From Reclinomonas americana ATCC 50394 (Eukaryota): a DNA stretch of 34,925 nt. Positions 11,801-22,300 of the stretch are shown here, piece after piece. The translations under genes and the position numbers were made by a program. Below the pieces are notes generated by a model. The model saw only the letters and a program-made list of their open reading frames with translations, did not search any database and was not told the origin of the DNA. How positions within the stretch are numbered: position 1 is the first letter of the stretch; each line of letters opens with the position of its first letter. The stretch covers positions 142,444 to 177,368 of the forward strand of contig PS015061.1 in assembly GCA_048213135.1 (NCBI GenBank), given 5' to 3'.

Positions 11801-13593
11801 GCGTAGACGTCGGTGCCGGTGGTGGTTATCTGGCGGGGGAGGAGAAGGGGAATGGATCAGGGAGGATGAGGGGGGAGGGAAAGAGGAGAGAGGACAAGGA
11901 GGGGAAGGTGAGGAGGGGAAGGAGGAGGAGGAGGAGGAGAGAAAGAAGAAGACAAGGCAGACGGAGGAGAAGAGGAAGAGGACAAGGAGAAGGAGGAGAA
12001 CTCGAAGTCGAGGAGGAGAGGCAGATGGATAAGAATGAGAAGAAAAAAAGATGCACATGGAGACGAGGCAGACGGAGGAAGAGAAAGAGAGGAGGAACAG
12101 GTGAAGAAGATGATAATGCAGAAAAGTAAACGGCGCATACAGATGAGAAGGAAGAAGGGGTAGAGGACGAAGAAGAAGACTGAGGATGAGGAGAGAAGGA
12201 AGAAGACAAGGCAGGGGGGAGGAGGTGCAAGGTGTCTCTCACTCACTCTTCTTCCGTATCACGATCATCGTAGACTCTGTTTTCTTGCTCTCAGTCTCCC
12301 TCTCTTTGCCCTTTCCGTTTCCATCATCATCCTCTTCTCCTTCTTCTTCTCTCTTCTTCTCTCTTCCTTGTCTTCTACTTCTTCACGTTTTCTCCTCAAT
12401 CTCCTCCTGTCTCCCTTCCTCCTGCACCATTCTCTCTGATTCCCGTTTTAGCGTCATCTTGCTTCCTCATCCTCCTCTTCTTCCCACCATCAACTACTCC
12501 CTTCTCGTCCCTCTCCTCCTCTATCTCCACCGTCTCCTCCTGTCTCCCTTCCTTCTGCACCATCCTCTCTGCTTCCCGTCCTATCGTCATCTTGCTTCCT
12601 CGTCCTCCTCTTCTTCTCACCCTCCACTCCTTCCTCCTCGCCGTCTGTCTCCACTGTCTCCTCCTGTCTCTTCCTCTCCTTCCGCGCTCTCCAGACTCCG
12701 GTAACCAATCTCAATGCATGTACGAAACTTTTGTACGCCACAGATCGGGAGGAATGTACGCCGGCGCATGCATCGCTCGCGTCACCGCATACGCCAGTCC
12801 CACATCTGTGAGCTTCAGTTCGCCCTCCGCCGTGGAGAGCAAGTTGCACGGTCGCACATCCCCATGAATCACTCGACGCTCGTGCAAAAACGCAACACCA
12901 CGCGCAATCTGCAATCCGTACTCCACCACCTTTGTCAGCGGCAACAGCTGCATGCGATGCTCGGCGATAATCGTCGTCAGCGGACTCCCGGGCAAGTACT
13001 CGACCAGAATCGCCTGATACCCAGGCTCATCAATAAACCCATACACCGTGGCGACATTGGCATGCCTAAACAGAAACCAAATGAGCACAACACACATGCA
13101 ATTCGACTTGCGTTCGCGCGTGCGTGCCACACACACCGAGAGCCTCCAATGCGTCGACAGCACTCACGAATGTTGGCCATCGAGTCACGCCCACGCGCCG
13201 CCATTGACAACTCCTTCAACACCACAGTCATGCCCCGCCACTGCGCCAAGTGCACTGATCCATCGCCTGCTCGCCCACATAAGCAACCATGCTGCATAGC
13301 ACAACAAACGCAAGAGCGACACACACACCAGCGCTGATCGTCTGCCCACGCTGCACATCACTCAACGCCACCTCATCCCACTCGTTATCATACTCCTCCT
13401 CGTCATCGGATTCCATCATTGACGACGTGTTGGCAGAAGGATGCTCCTCACTCTCCTCTGCTCCTGTGCCTGCTTCATCATCATCATCATCACTGTTGCC
13501 ATCATCATCATCATCGCCATTGTCAGTCCCGCGTTGCTGTCGTCGTCGTCTGCGTTGCTTGCGCTCAGGCACACTGCCCACTAGTGATGACAT
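8868..13593 (-). CDS. Divergent tyrosine-kinase-like (Raf/MLK-type) kinase with C-terminal TPR repeats, spliced
   Basis: Kinase exons: VHLAQWRGMTVVLKEL...RHANVATVYG...ILVEYLPG...QIARGVAFLHERRVIHGDVRPCNLL...KLTDVGLA...TDVYAIAVVLWELVTGRVPFEDMSPLQIA...RPPLP...ECW|DSDSNQRPSAEEL. TPR exons: AVADYRRALE, LNRAKLL...ALRDLNAVVALLP, AWYNRGLLYDRVG...ALEDYLRVIELDP, AYINRG. The 3' end and some TPR exon borders are uncertain. Confidence 0.85.
11831..12690. repeat. Low-complexity intron: purine-rich half followed by pyrimidine-rich half, with an internal ~80-bp duplication
   Basis: GA-rich 11831-~12225 and CT-rich ~12290-12690. ctcctcctgtctcccttcc...gtcatcttgcttcctc occurs at ~12402 and ~12535. Confidence 0.85.
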
Positions 13594-13875
13594 TGCCTTG
13601 TGACACAGAGAGAGGGTGTGTGAGAGTGGCACGCGCGCACGTGCTCGACTGAAAGAGCAAACTCACCACACACGCGCGCGCACAAGCAGGCTCACACGCG
13701 CTCACACACACACACTGTGCACACACGCACACAGACAGCCTCTTGCGTTCCTGTGTGACTGCGTAGCGCGTGACTGTCCAATCCAATCAACCGCCATTGT
13801 CACAATCGCGCGCGCTCTTTTGCGTGTGAGCAGTTGGTCATCACACTTTCTCTCTCTCTCTGTGTGTGTGTTACA

Positions 13876-16501
13876 ATGTCTGGACTCGTGGGCGCCAGTG
13901 GGGGATCACTGCAAGCCAAATTCGCGCGCGTCTTTGACTCATTCATTCCCGCGTGGGTCGATGGTGTGTGACAAGAGAGAAGAGAGAAGACACACTGCTC
14001 TCTCTGTCACTCACTCTGTGTCTCACAGCGATTCCGCGTCAGACGCTCATTTGGTACGCATGTAATCTCTATCTCTTTGTGATTGTGCTGGGCGTCGCCA
14101 TCTGGCACTATGCGCGTCTCCAGCAGCGGTGAGTCACTCTTTCTCTCTCTCTCTCACACACACACATACAAGACAGAGATGCCCACACACTTTCTCTTTC
14201 TCTTTAGGCGACAACAACGCGCGGATGCCGAGGTTCAGGCACTGATGGAGGAGGCCGAGTGGCGGCATCAGCAGGCGCACAGCAGCAGCAGCAGCAGGAA
14301 GGGAGTGTCGTTTGTGAGTGGAGATCTCGATGATGATAATGGCGATCATCAGCAGCAAGAGCAGCAGCAACGAGCAAAGGCACCTGTCGTGCCCAGTCGT
14401 TGCGTTGTGTGAAGTACTGTGGAGTTGTCTGTCGGCGCTGTCTGACTGAGTCTGTGTCTGCGTTTGAGTAGCGCTGGATGTGCCGGATGTTGATGTTGCG
14501 CGCGCTTGTCATGATGCCGTGTGTAGTGTTGTTGCTGTTATCATGACAGTTGCCTTGATGCAGCCGCGTGTGGCCGACGCCTCGTTGCAACGATTGTATG
14601 CCGAGGGAGAAAAGTGCGTCGTTTTGGTGTGTGCTGCTGCCTCACTCACTCTCTCACTCATGCTCTGCGACAGGTGCTTGGAACAGGGTCTGCCGCTGGT
14701 GGCGCTGGAGCACTTCCTCGCGTGCTTGGTCGGCTTCCAGAAGACCAAGAGCCGCGGCTTTTCGCAGCTCGCCTCGTGTCTCCACCACATCAGTCAGATT
14801 TATCACCAGCTGGGGCAGTGTTGCGTGGCGTACTTGCGTTGTATTTTTGTTGCAGTCGGCTGCTTACCGCGCGTGTGCGCACACACACACACACAGCCGA
14901 GGAGGCCGTCAAGTACCTGCAGGCAGAGCGCTACATTTATGAGGAGGCGCTGCTGAACATGGACACCGCGCGTCCGCCGGTCGCCGTTTCCAACCGTCGT
15001 CGACAGAGGTTTGGAAAAGGGGAAGAGATAGAGGGAAGGGGTAGAGAGGGAGGATAAGGGAGACAGAGGGGAAGGGAAAGGGGGGAGAGGAGGAGAAAGG
15101 AAGAGAGAGGAAGAGATAAATGGTGCGTGTGATAGAGAGAAAGGAACTTGCGTGGCTTTGCTTGTATGAGTGTGCGAATGAGAGGCAAGATGATGGAAAG
15201 CGAGACGCGATAGGGTTGATGAGTGGCGTGTTTGCTTTTCATGTCTCATGGTCTCTCCCCTCTTCCCTCTTCTCCCTCCCTCCCTCCCTCCTTCTTCCCG
15301 CGATCGCAGCGAGAGCACCACCGGCAGCGACGCCGACGACGCCGCAAGTGTCGGCGGCAACAGCAGCAGTTCGTCGTCGAGGCTTTCGACGCAGGCGCGA
15401 TTGCGAAAGCGCGATCGTCGTGCCTCGCGCAGAAACACCACCGCCAGTTTGGAGGAGGACGAGGAGCGTATGATGCAGGAGTTGCAGCAGCAGCCGCAGC
15501 CGCAGCAGCAAGACGACGATCAGCAGGGTCGTGGAGGAGCCATGACGCAGACCATGCACGCAATGCCTGGCGGAAGAGCTGGCGATTCAGCAACTGCTGC
15601 ATCGGCAACGACCACTGCAGCAGAGGTACTTGGAGTGTTGTCCCGTCGCCGAAGATTTATTGGTGTCAATGTTGACCATTTCACCTTTTTTGTGTTGTTA
15701 TTATGTGCAGCACCCGCTGCTGCGGAGGGCCGAGGAATTTGACCGCCTGAGCAAGCTGTTTGCCGCAGACAAGAACTACACCATGGCGCTCGACTACTCC
15801 GCCAAGGCGATTCGCCTGCGCAAGCAAGTTCTCGGCGACGACAGTGTGAATGACGGCCCATATTTGCAGACATTTCTCGAGAATTATGCGGCGCTCGGAA
15901 GGCAACAGTATGAAGGTGTGTGCTGGTGCGAGTGGACGGGGGGAAAGAGAGAGTGAGAGTGAGGAAGAGAGTGCAGTATTATTCTTTTGTATGTAATACA
16001 GGCACGAGGAGGAAGAGAGAGTGAGTGAGTGAGTGAGTGAGGAAAGAGTGACGTTGCACGTGAAACAGCGGTCGATAAATGGCGCTGTCTGCCGATGCGC
16101 ACCGCAAGAGTGGGCACGCGTTGTGCTCATTGTGCGGTCTCTATCGTTGTGCATGCACTGTTTGTTCGTGAAAAGCGAGAAGCGAGATGAGGGGCGCCTG
16201 CACAGCGAAGAGCGAGAAGGGTATCTCCTTGGTGTGCGTCGCAACGCAGCTTGGTAACTGTGTGGTTGTGGGATTCGTGTGTGCCCTTTGGCAATGTGCG
16301 TGTGTGTGTTGTCATGTCTGCAGAGGCACTGCAACAGCGCAATACGGAAGTCGCGGCCGAGTTCCGCCAGCGAACATTGGCGACAGCGTCGACGGTACGA
16401 ACGACTCACTGTCGCCGCTCCAATGGCGAGTCTCGCGCTTGTGTGATTTACCCTGAATATTGCAGGACGTCCCCCGGGTCGTGTCGAGCGGCGCTCAGTA
16501 G
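13876..16501 (+). CDS. N-terminally membrane-anchored TPR-like helical protein with consortin-N-like segment, spliced
   Basis: In-frame exon chain MSGLVG...WVD|AIPRQTLIWYACNLYLFVIVLGVAIWHYARLQQR (TM helix)...ALEHFLACL...LASCLHHISQIYHQLGQ|SEEAVKYLQAERYIYEEALLNM...AEEFDRLSKLF...ALDYSAKAIRLRKQVLG...DVPRVVSSGAQ*. Confidence 0.7.
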
Positions 16502-17388
16502 GCGCGACGCAGTGCGAGTGTGCGTGAGAAAGTGTGTATGGATGTGTACAGAGGGGGCCGGAGGAGGTGAAAAATGAACGACGAGAGAAGGAATGATGAT
16601 GTGTAGGCGAACGTGTACAACTCGAGCTGCGCGCGTCTCATCGCCGCCTTTGTCGCAGAGTGGCGGCACGCGCGTGCTGCTCTCCACGAACGCCTTGATC
16701 TCTGCAGCAACTCTCGGTCCACCCGTTGTGTATTGCCAGTCGGAGTGCAGGTTGCTGGATAAAGGCATGGCAAGAAGGAACAATTTGATTCTCAGGCGCA
16801 GCAAAGGAGAGTGAGTCAGAAAAAAAGAATCGAGCGGCGAACGCTGATCCGATCGCTGCCTCGACGCCCCACCATCGCCACTCGCTGGAGCACACATGAA
16901 TACTACTGGTGCAGGTGGCGCGTGCTCGAGATCCTGCACTCGGACGTGAAACGCGAAACGGACAGGATTTCACAAAACATCTTTGTTTCACTTTTCGCGA
17001 CACAGACAGCGGCGTCACAGCGGGCAGTGATCACAAACGCAACAAACAAACAACAACACAAACAAACAAACAAACAACATCAGGAGGAGGAACTCTGTGT
17101 GGCACACACGAACGGGGAACAAAATCGGAGGTAGCACACACGAAAGATATCGGGTTCTCTGCCGAAAAACTCGGACAAGCGACACAGAGGCATTTTCTTT
17201 TCAACACAATCAACACTATGGAACAGGAACTAAACACTTGGAGAGAGGAGAGAGGGGGGAGGGGGAAGCACTGGAGCGTGGCGTCGCTCCAGGCGATAGA
17301 AACAACACGAAAACAAAAAGAAACACACAGATTACAGGCAATTGCCAATACGCAGCAGAAAAACGATCGAGAAACTCACACCAACGAA

Positions 17389-18247
17389 TCATACCCGCGG
17401 TGCCGACGGCCTCCGGCTCGCCACTGGTGCCGACGATGGCAGCGGAAGCGGGACAGCCAACATGTCTCCGACGCAATCCATCTCCTGCACGAGATTTAAT
17501 CGGACGACATTGGTCAGCAGCAAGTCTGGATTCCTTTTCTCTCTCTCCTTTCCCCTCTCTCCTCTGCCTTTCCTCCGATCTCTCTCCCACAGCACTCTGC
17601 ACACATGCACTCACCATGCACACGACGGGGTGCTCGGCAAGCCGTCGGGCACTCGTGCTCCGCGGAGGCGACGGTACCATCAATATATCCGACACGTCCA
17701 CGCGGGATGAGGAGGTTGGCGAGGGTGGTGACGACATCCACGACGAGGGCGACGAGAAGGAGGCAGCCGTGCCGCGTGTGGCATGCGGTGTGTGAAGCAC
17801 TGACGTGGCGGCCGAGTCGCCGGAGGCCTCGTAGCGTGGCGGCGGTGGCGGCGACGGTGATGACGAAAACGACAGTCGGCGGCAAGCGTGGTGCCGCGGA
17901 GCACACACGTCGGTGCTGGCGCCACGGCGGTGCGCGTGGTGGCGACGACCAGACCTCTGCTGCTGCTGCTGCTGCTGCTGCGGCTCATCGTCTGAGCCCT
18001 GCACGAGCTCCATGGCCGCATCAGTGTGCTCATCCTCCGCTGCCTCCGTCGATGGATCCAGCGGCAAACCAAGGTGCCTGGCGTAGTCGCGCTCGGCCTG
18101 TGTGGCCATGCGCCGCACTCTCATGCTCAGCAGCTTGCCACCGCGCCACTGGAGCTTGATGTTGGGTGGCATCATCATCACTGGTGGCTGCGTCGCTGCC
18201 GCCACGACGGCTGCAGGTGTCGCGTCCGCGCCCACGACAGTTGTCAT
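17389..18247 (-). CDS. Uncharacterised low-complexity protein, spliced; may extend by further exons to about 16500
   Basis: Long GC-rich exon from ATG 18247 (MTTVVGAD...NIKLQWRGGKLLSMRVRRM...) to a GTGAGT donor, then an exon EMDCVGDMLAVP...SAPRV*. The internal repeat VSDILMVP/VGDMLAVP supports this frame. Exon-like blocks at ~16600-16930 could continue it if GTATGA is a donor rather than the stop. Confidence 0.5.
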
Positions 18248-18573
18248 TCACAAGGAAGGTGATCGCAAAGAGAGAGGGAGGGGAGAGAGAGGGAGAGAGG
18301 GAGAAGGAGGTGTGGATATTGTGGTTGAGAAGTGCGTGTGTGCTTTCGCGCGAAGGAGACGACAAAATGAGGCAAACAATTGTCCAAAACTCAGTGATGC
18401 GTTGTCGAAAAAAGAAGCGCCAAAAAGTACTACAAAGCCGTGCCTCATCTCCTGCCTCACTGGCAGTGGTGAGCGAAGGTATCGAGAGTGCAAGAGACAA
18501 CGCGAGAGGAGTGTGAGGAAAAAAAAAGACGAGTTTGGAGCGAAAGGAGAGAGAGAAGACGTCATCGGCATTG

Positions 18574-19460
18574 TCATACATCGTACAAAAACAGGTGTGC
18601 CCCTGTATCGCCCCCCTCCTTGCCCTCCTGCTCCACTACCTGATACACGCAAAAAGGAGACGAGTGTAGACACCCGTCATTCCACGAGCATCGCAGACAG
18701 CTCCCTGTCCGATATCTGCGACTCACCAATTTCAACTGCTTCCGCAATAGCATCTTTTTTTCTCCCACACTGCGTGATGCGTGGACCAGCGGAGCGGGCA
18801 GAATGCACACAACGGACGCGGTGGGGAAAGGAATCCAATCCACCGAAGAGAGAGCGAATGGCCACCGTCACACACACACACATCCTGTAGACAGGCGAAA
18901 CTCCGCTGACAATGTCCAGAAGCAGCGCATGATGCAATGCGGATTCGCGCTAAAAATGTGTGGCTGTTTTCGCTGCTGACGTAAGCACGACGCACATAGG
19001 GAGGCACAGTGTGTGTGTGAGAGAGAGAGAGTGTGTGTGTGTGTGCGCGTGGCAGACGGGGAGTGGAGAGGAGAGAGAAGAGCCTTTCTGTATCAGTGGT
19101 GACGTCCAGATCTATGTAGACAAGAAAGAGGAAAAGAGACACTGACTGAAAGAGTGTGTGTGCGAGTGTGCATGTGTCAGTGAGTGAGTGAGTGGGTGAG
19201 AGAGAGACAGGCGGGAGAGATAGAGAGTGGGAGGGGTGAAAAGCGACACTGACACCTCGGAGATGTGAAAACAGGAAAGACAAAGCCCCGCTCTCACATT
19301 TTTCTCACTTTTTTTCTCGCACGACAACAACAGCGCGCGCGCGCGGGAGGAGAGAGAGAAACACACATGAGACACACAACACAGTGGTAGATCCGAGCAG
19401 CGAGGGAATCAGGCCACACAGGCGCGTGCCGGCCAGAGAGTGAGAGAACATTCACCATCA
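18574..19460 (-). other. Possible spliced transcript (short exons); small protein or multi-exon 5' UTR
   Basis: Minus-strand exon-like islands bounded by YAG and GTGTGT/GTGAGT between microsatellite spacers. Two different frames can be joined consistently, so coding status is unresolved. Confidence 0.25.
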
Positions 19461-19692
19461 CTTTTTTTGTCAACACAGAATCACCCGACGTGCGCAGATG
19501 AAAAATCACAGCACACACACACGCACACACAGAGAGCACTGTGAGACACGCGCGCGCATAAAAGAAAATTATTTTCTGGGCGCGAAGAAAAAATGAGAGA
19601 GAGAACGAAAGAAAAAGTGCGTCACTTCGTGTGTGCTCAACGCGGAAAAATAATTGCCGAATAATTCCATTGTCCTACGCGAGTCGCACTGC

Positions 19693-19844
19693 GACTGTCC
19701 TCACAAAACGCACCTGTGCGCAACGACGACGACGAGGGTGCGTTGGACAGGGAAAGGAATATGCCGACGCTTCTCGTCTGCTCAACGTGAAGCACGGGGA
19801 GAAATAGATGAATATTTGCAATGTCCGAGTGGGGGTGAGTCATG
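19693..19844 (+). repeat. Copy A of a diverged ~150-bp direct repeat (putative promoter/5' element)
   Basis: Aligns to 21743-21896. The core 19761-19844 versus 21812-21896 matches at 65 of 85 positions by hand count. Confidence 0.8.
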
Positions 19845-19877
19845 CGTATCACACACTCTTTAACGCACAGCCCTGGT

Positions 19878-20764
19878 ATGGGAGCGAGCAGTTCTTCTCC
19901 TCGCCAAGGTATGCCGATGCTTTCTGTGTGGCTTCCCTTCTTGCTCCGTGTGCTCACCGTTGTTGTTGTGCAGGCGACCAAGACGTGCGCTATGACATGA
20001 ACCCGCTGCACCTCTCACGAATCAGAAAGTTGTGTCTCCGTTTGGCCCTTCCCTCTCTCTCTCTCTCCTCACTCTGTCCACACACAGCTGCCTGGTGTAC
20101 AACATCCAGGCCACCATCCGCAAGTTCGAGTCGGTGAGCCATGTTGTCATTGGTCTCTGTTGACACACGGTGGCAGGCTCACCATTGCTCAGATCGAGTC
20201 GTCAATGGGGCAACTCAGCAGTGAGGAGAAGAGACCTGTGCAGGAGCTCAAGAAAACTCTGCAGCGACTCGACATCAGCCGACACGAGGTGCGCCTGTCG
20301 GGACGCCAGTGGCACGAGCTGTGCCAGCAGGTGCTGGCTGCCGTGAGCCAGCTGCAGCGAGTCCTGCCCGCCGATTCGCCCGTCGACTTCAACGCCGAGG
20401 TCAGCTCGTGTGCGTCGTGCCGGGTGGTGAAGCGCATGAAGACAGTGGGCAAGGACAACGCGCACGGTTCGTCGGATTCAGGGACTGAGGACGAGGAGGT
20501 GTCGGAGACTGATGACCTGACGGAAGACATTGCAGGTCAGTGCTATGTGGTGTTTTTTCCCGACTTGTGTCGCATCCGTGTGCTGAGTTGCTCACAGAGG
20601 CAGTGGATCTCACACCCCCGCGGCTTCGAGGCCGAACGCTGGTGTCGACAGCGCTCCATGTGGGTCGCCGCGGCGGTCTCTATCTGGAGGTGCAGGCAAA
20701 GACCGGGCATCAGTACTCGTGCTACTTCAGGCCAGCAGAGCGAACGCGGCTTGACTGCGCCTGA
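19878..20764 (+). CDS. Small putative N-myristoylated protein of unknown function, 5 exons
   Basis: MGASSSSPRQ|GDQDVRYDMNPLHLSRIR|NCLVYNIQATIRKFES|IESSMGQLSSEEKRPVQELKKTLQRLD...TEDIA|EAVDLTPPRLRGRTLVSTALHVGRRGGLYLEVQAKTGHQYSCYFRPAERTRLDCA*. All four introns are GT-AG and frame-consistent. The N-terminus matches MGxxxS. Confidence 0.72.
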
Positions 20765-20914
20765 TCTCGAGGCGATCGCACCGTAAATTGCTGCTCAATC
20801 ACAGTCGACACAGCACTTCATGACCTGCACCAGTTCAACTGTCGCTGTGTGGAAGGGCCTTTGTGGGAGAATTTGTGGCAGGTGCATCAATCGATCGGTG
20901 TCGATTGTAATAGA

Positions 20915-21696
20915 NNNNNNNNNNNNNNNNNNNNNNNNNNNNNNNNNNNNNNNNNNNNNNNNNNNNNNNNNNNNNNNNNNNNNNNNNNNNNNNNNNNNNN
21001 NNNNNNNNNNNNNNNNNNNNNNNNNNNNNNNNNNNNNNNNNNNNNNNNNNNNNNNNNNNNNNNNNNNNNNNNNNNNNNNNNNNNNNNNNNNNNNNNNNNN
21101 NNNNNNNNNNNNNNNNNNNNNNNNNNNNNNNNNNNNNNNNNNNNNNNNNNNNNNNNNNNNNNNNNNNNNNNNNNNNNNNNNNNNNNNNNNNNNNNNNNNN
21201 NNNNNNNNNNNNNNNNNNNNNNNNNNNNNNNNNNNNNNNNNNNNNNNNNNNNNNNNNNNNNNNNNNNNNNNNNNNNNNNNNNNNNNNNNNNNNNNNNNNN
21301 NNNNNNNNNNNNNNNNNNNNNNNNNNNNNNNNNNNNNNNNNNNNNNNNNNNNNNNNNNNNNNNNNNNNNNNNNNNNNNNNNNNNNNNNNNNNNNNNNNNN
21401 NNNNNNNNNNNNNNNNNNNNNNNNNNNNNNNNNNNNNNNNNNNNNNNNNNNNNNNNNNNNNNNNNNNNNNNNNNNNNNNNNNNNNNNNNNNNNNNNNNNN
21501 NNNNNNNNNNNNNNNNNNNNNNNNNNNNNNNNNNNNNNNNNNNNNNNNNNNNNNNNNNNNNNNNNNNNNNNNNNNNNNNNNNNNNNNNNNNNNNNNNNNN
21601 NNNNNNNNNNNNNNNNNNNNNNNNNNNNNNNNNNNNNNNNNNNNNNNNNNNNNNNNNNNNNNNNNNNNNNNNNNNNNNNNNNNNNNNNNNNNNNNN
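20915..21696. other. Assembly gap (N run)
   Basis: Run of N bases. Confidence 1.
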
Positions 21697-21742
21697 TTGC
21701 ACTCGCGACCGCGCGACAAAAGAGCGTTTTTTGTGTAAAGCT

Positions 21743-21896
21743 GATTGTCCTCGACACAAAAAAACTCGCAAACGCGCAGCCGACGACGACGAGAGTATTT
21801 TCTAAGCGATCATGAAAACGTTTCACGTCGGCTCAAACATGAAGCGCGAGGGGAAACTTATGAATATTTCCATTGTCCACGTCGGCGTGAGTCATG
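21743..21896 (+). repeat. Copy B of the diverged ~150-bp direct repeat
   Basis: Shares gaYtgtcctc, cgacgacgacgag, gctcaa, atgaatattt and gtgagtcatg with copy A in the same order and with similar spacing. Confidence 0.8.
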
Positions 21897-22300
21897 TTCG
21901 ACTGTCCCTATTCATCACACACACGCCACACACACACGCAGAAGCGCAAACGAGAGTGTGTTGTGGCTGGCGCACTTCTTAGACACACACGAATCGCGGG
22001 AGAGCGAGAGAGGGAGAAGGAAGCAAGAAAGGAAGAGAGAGCGGTGAGTGCAGCGTGAGAACTCTTGTGTGTGTGCGCGTGTGTGTGAGTGAGAGAGGGA
22101 GGGAGGGTGTGTGTGTGTGTGCGTTCTCACGCACTGACTTGACTCGCTTCGTGCAGCAATCATCCGCTCGGTCCGCGCTCGCTCGCCTCCCCTCACACAC
22201 ACACACACACACACACACGCGAGCGAGACAGCGACACACACACTCTCTCTCTCTCATCACACACACACACGCGCTCTCTCTCTCTCTCTGTTGAGCACCC

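Noticed and set aside
11826-12704. Ser/Pro/Leu-rich and Arg/Glu-rich ORFs
   Set aside because: Low-complexity intron of the kinase gene; the flanking exons join in frame across it.
14110-14130. ATG at 14110 as start of the consortin-like gene
   Set aside because: Splicing from it leads to an early stop. The frame from ATG 13876 is open and adds a TM helix.
19787-19835. EARGE..EY..CP reading frame shared by the two repeat copies as a conserved coding exon
   Set aside because: It shows third-position differences, but neither copy has an ATG in that frame, and splicing copy A to the next exons hits a stop. Kept only as part of the duplicated element.
20795-21826. Several ~300-aa ORFs on both strands
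   Set aside because: Artefacts of translating through the N-gap.
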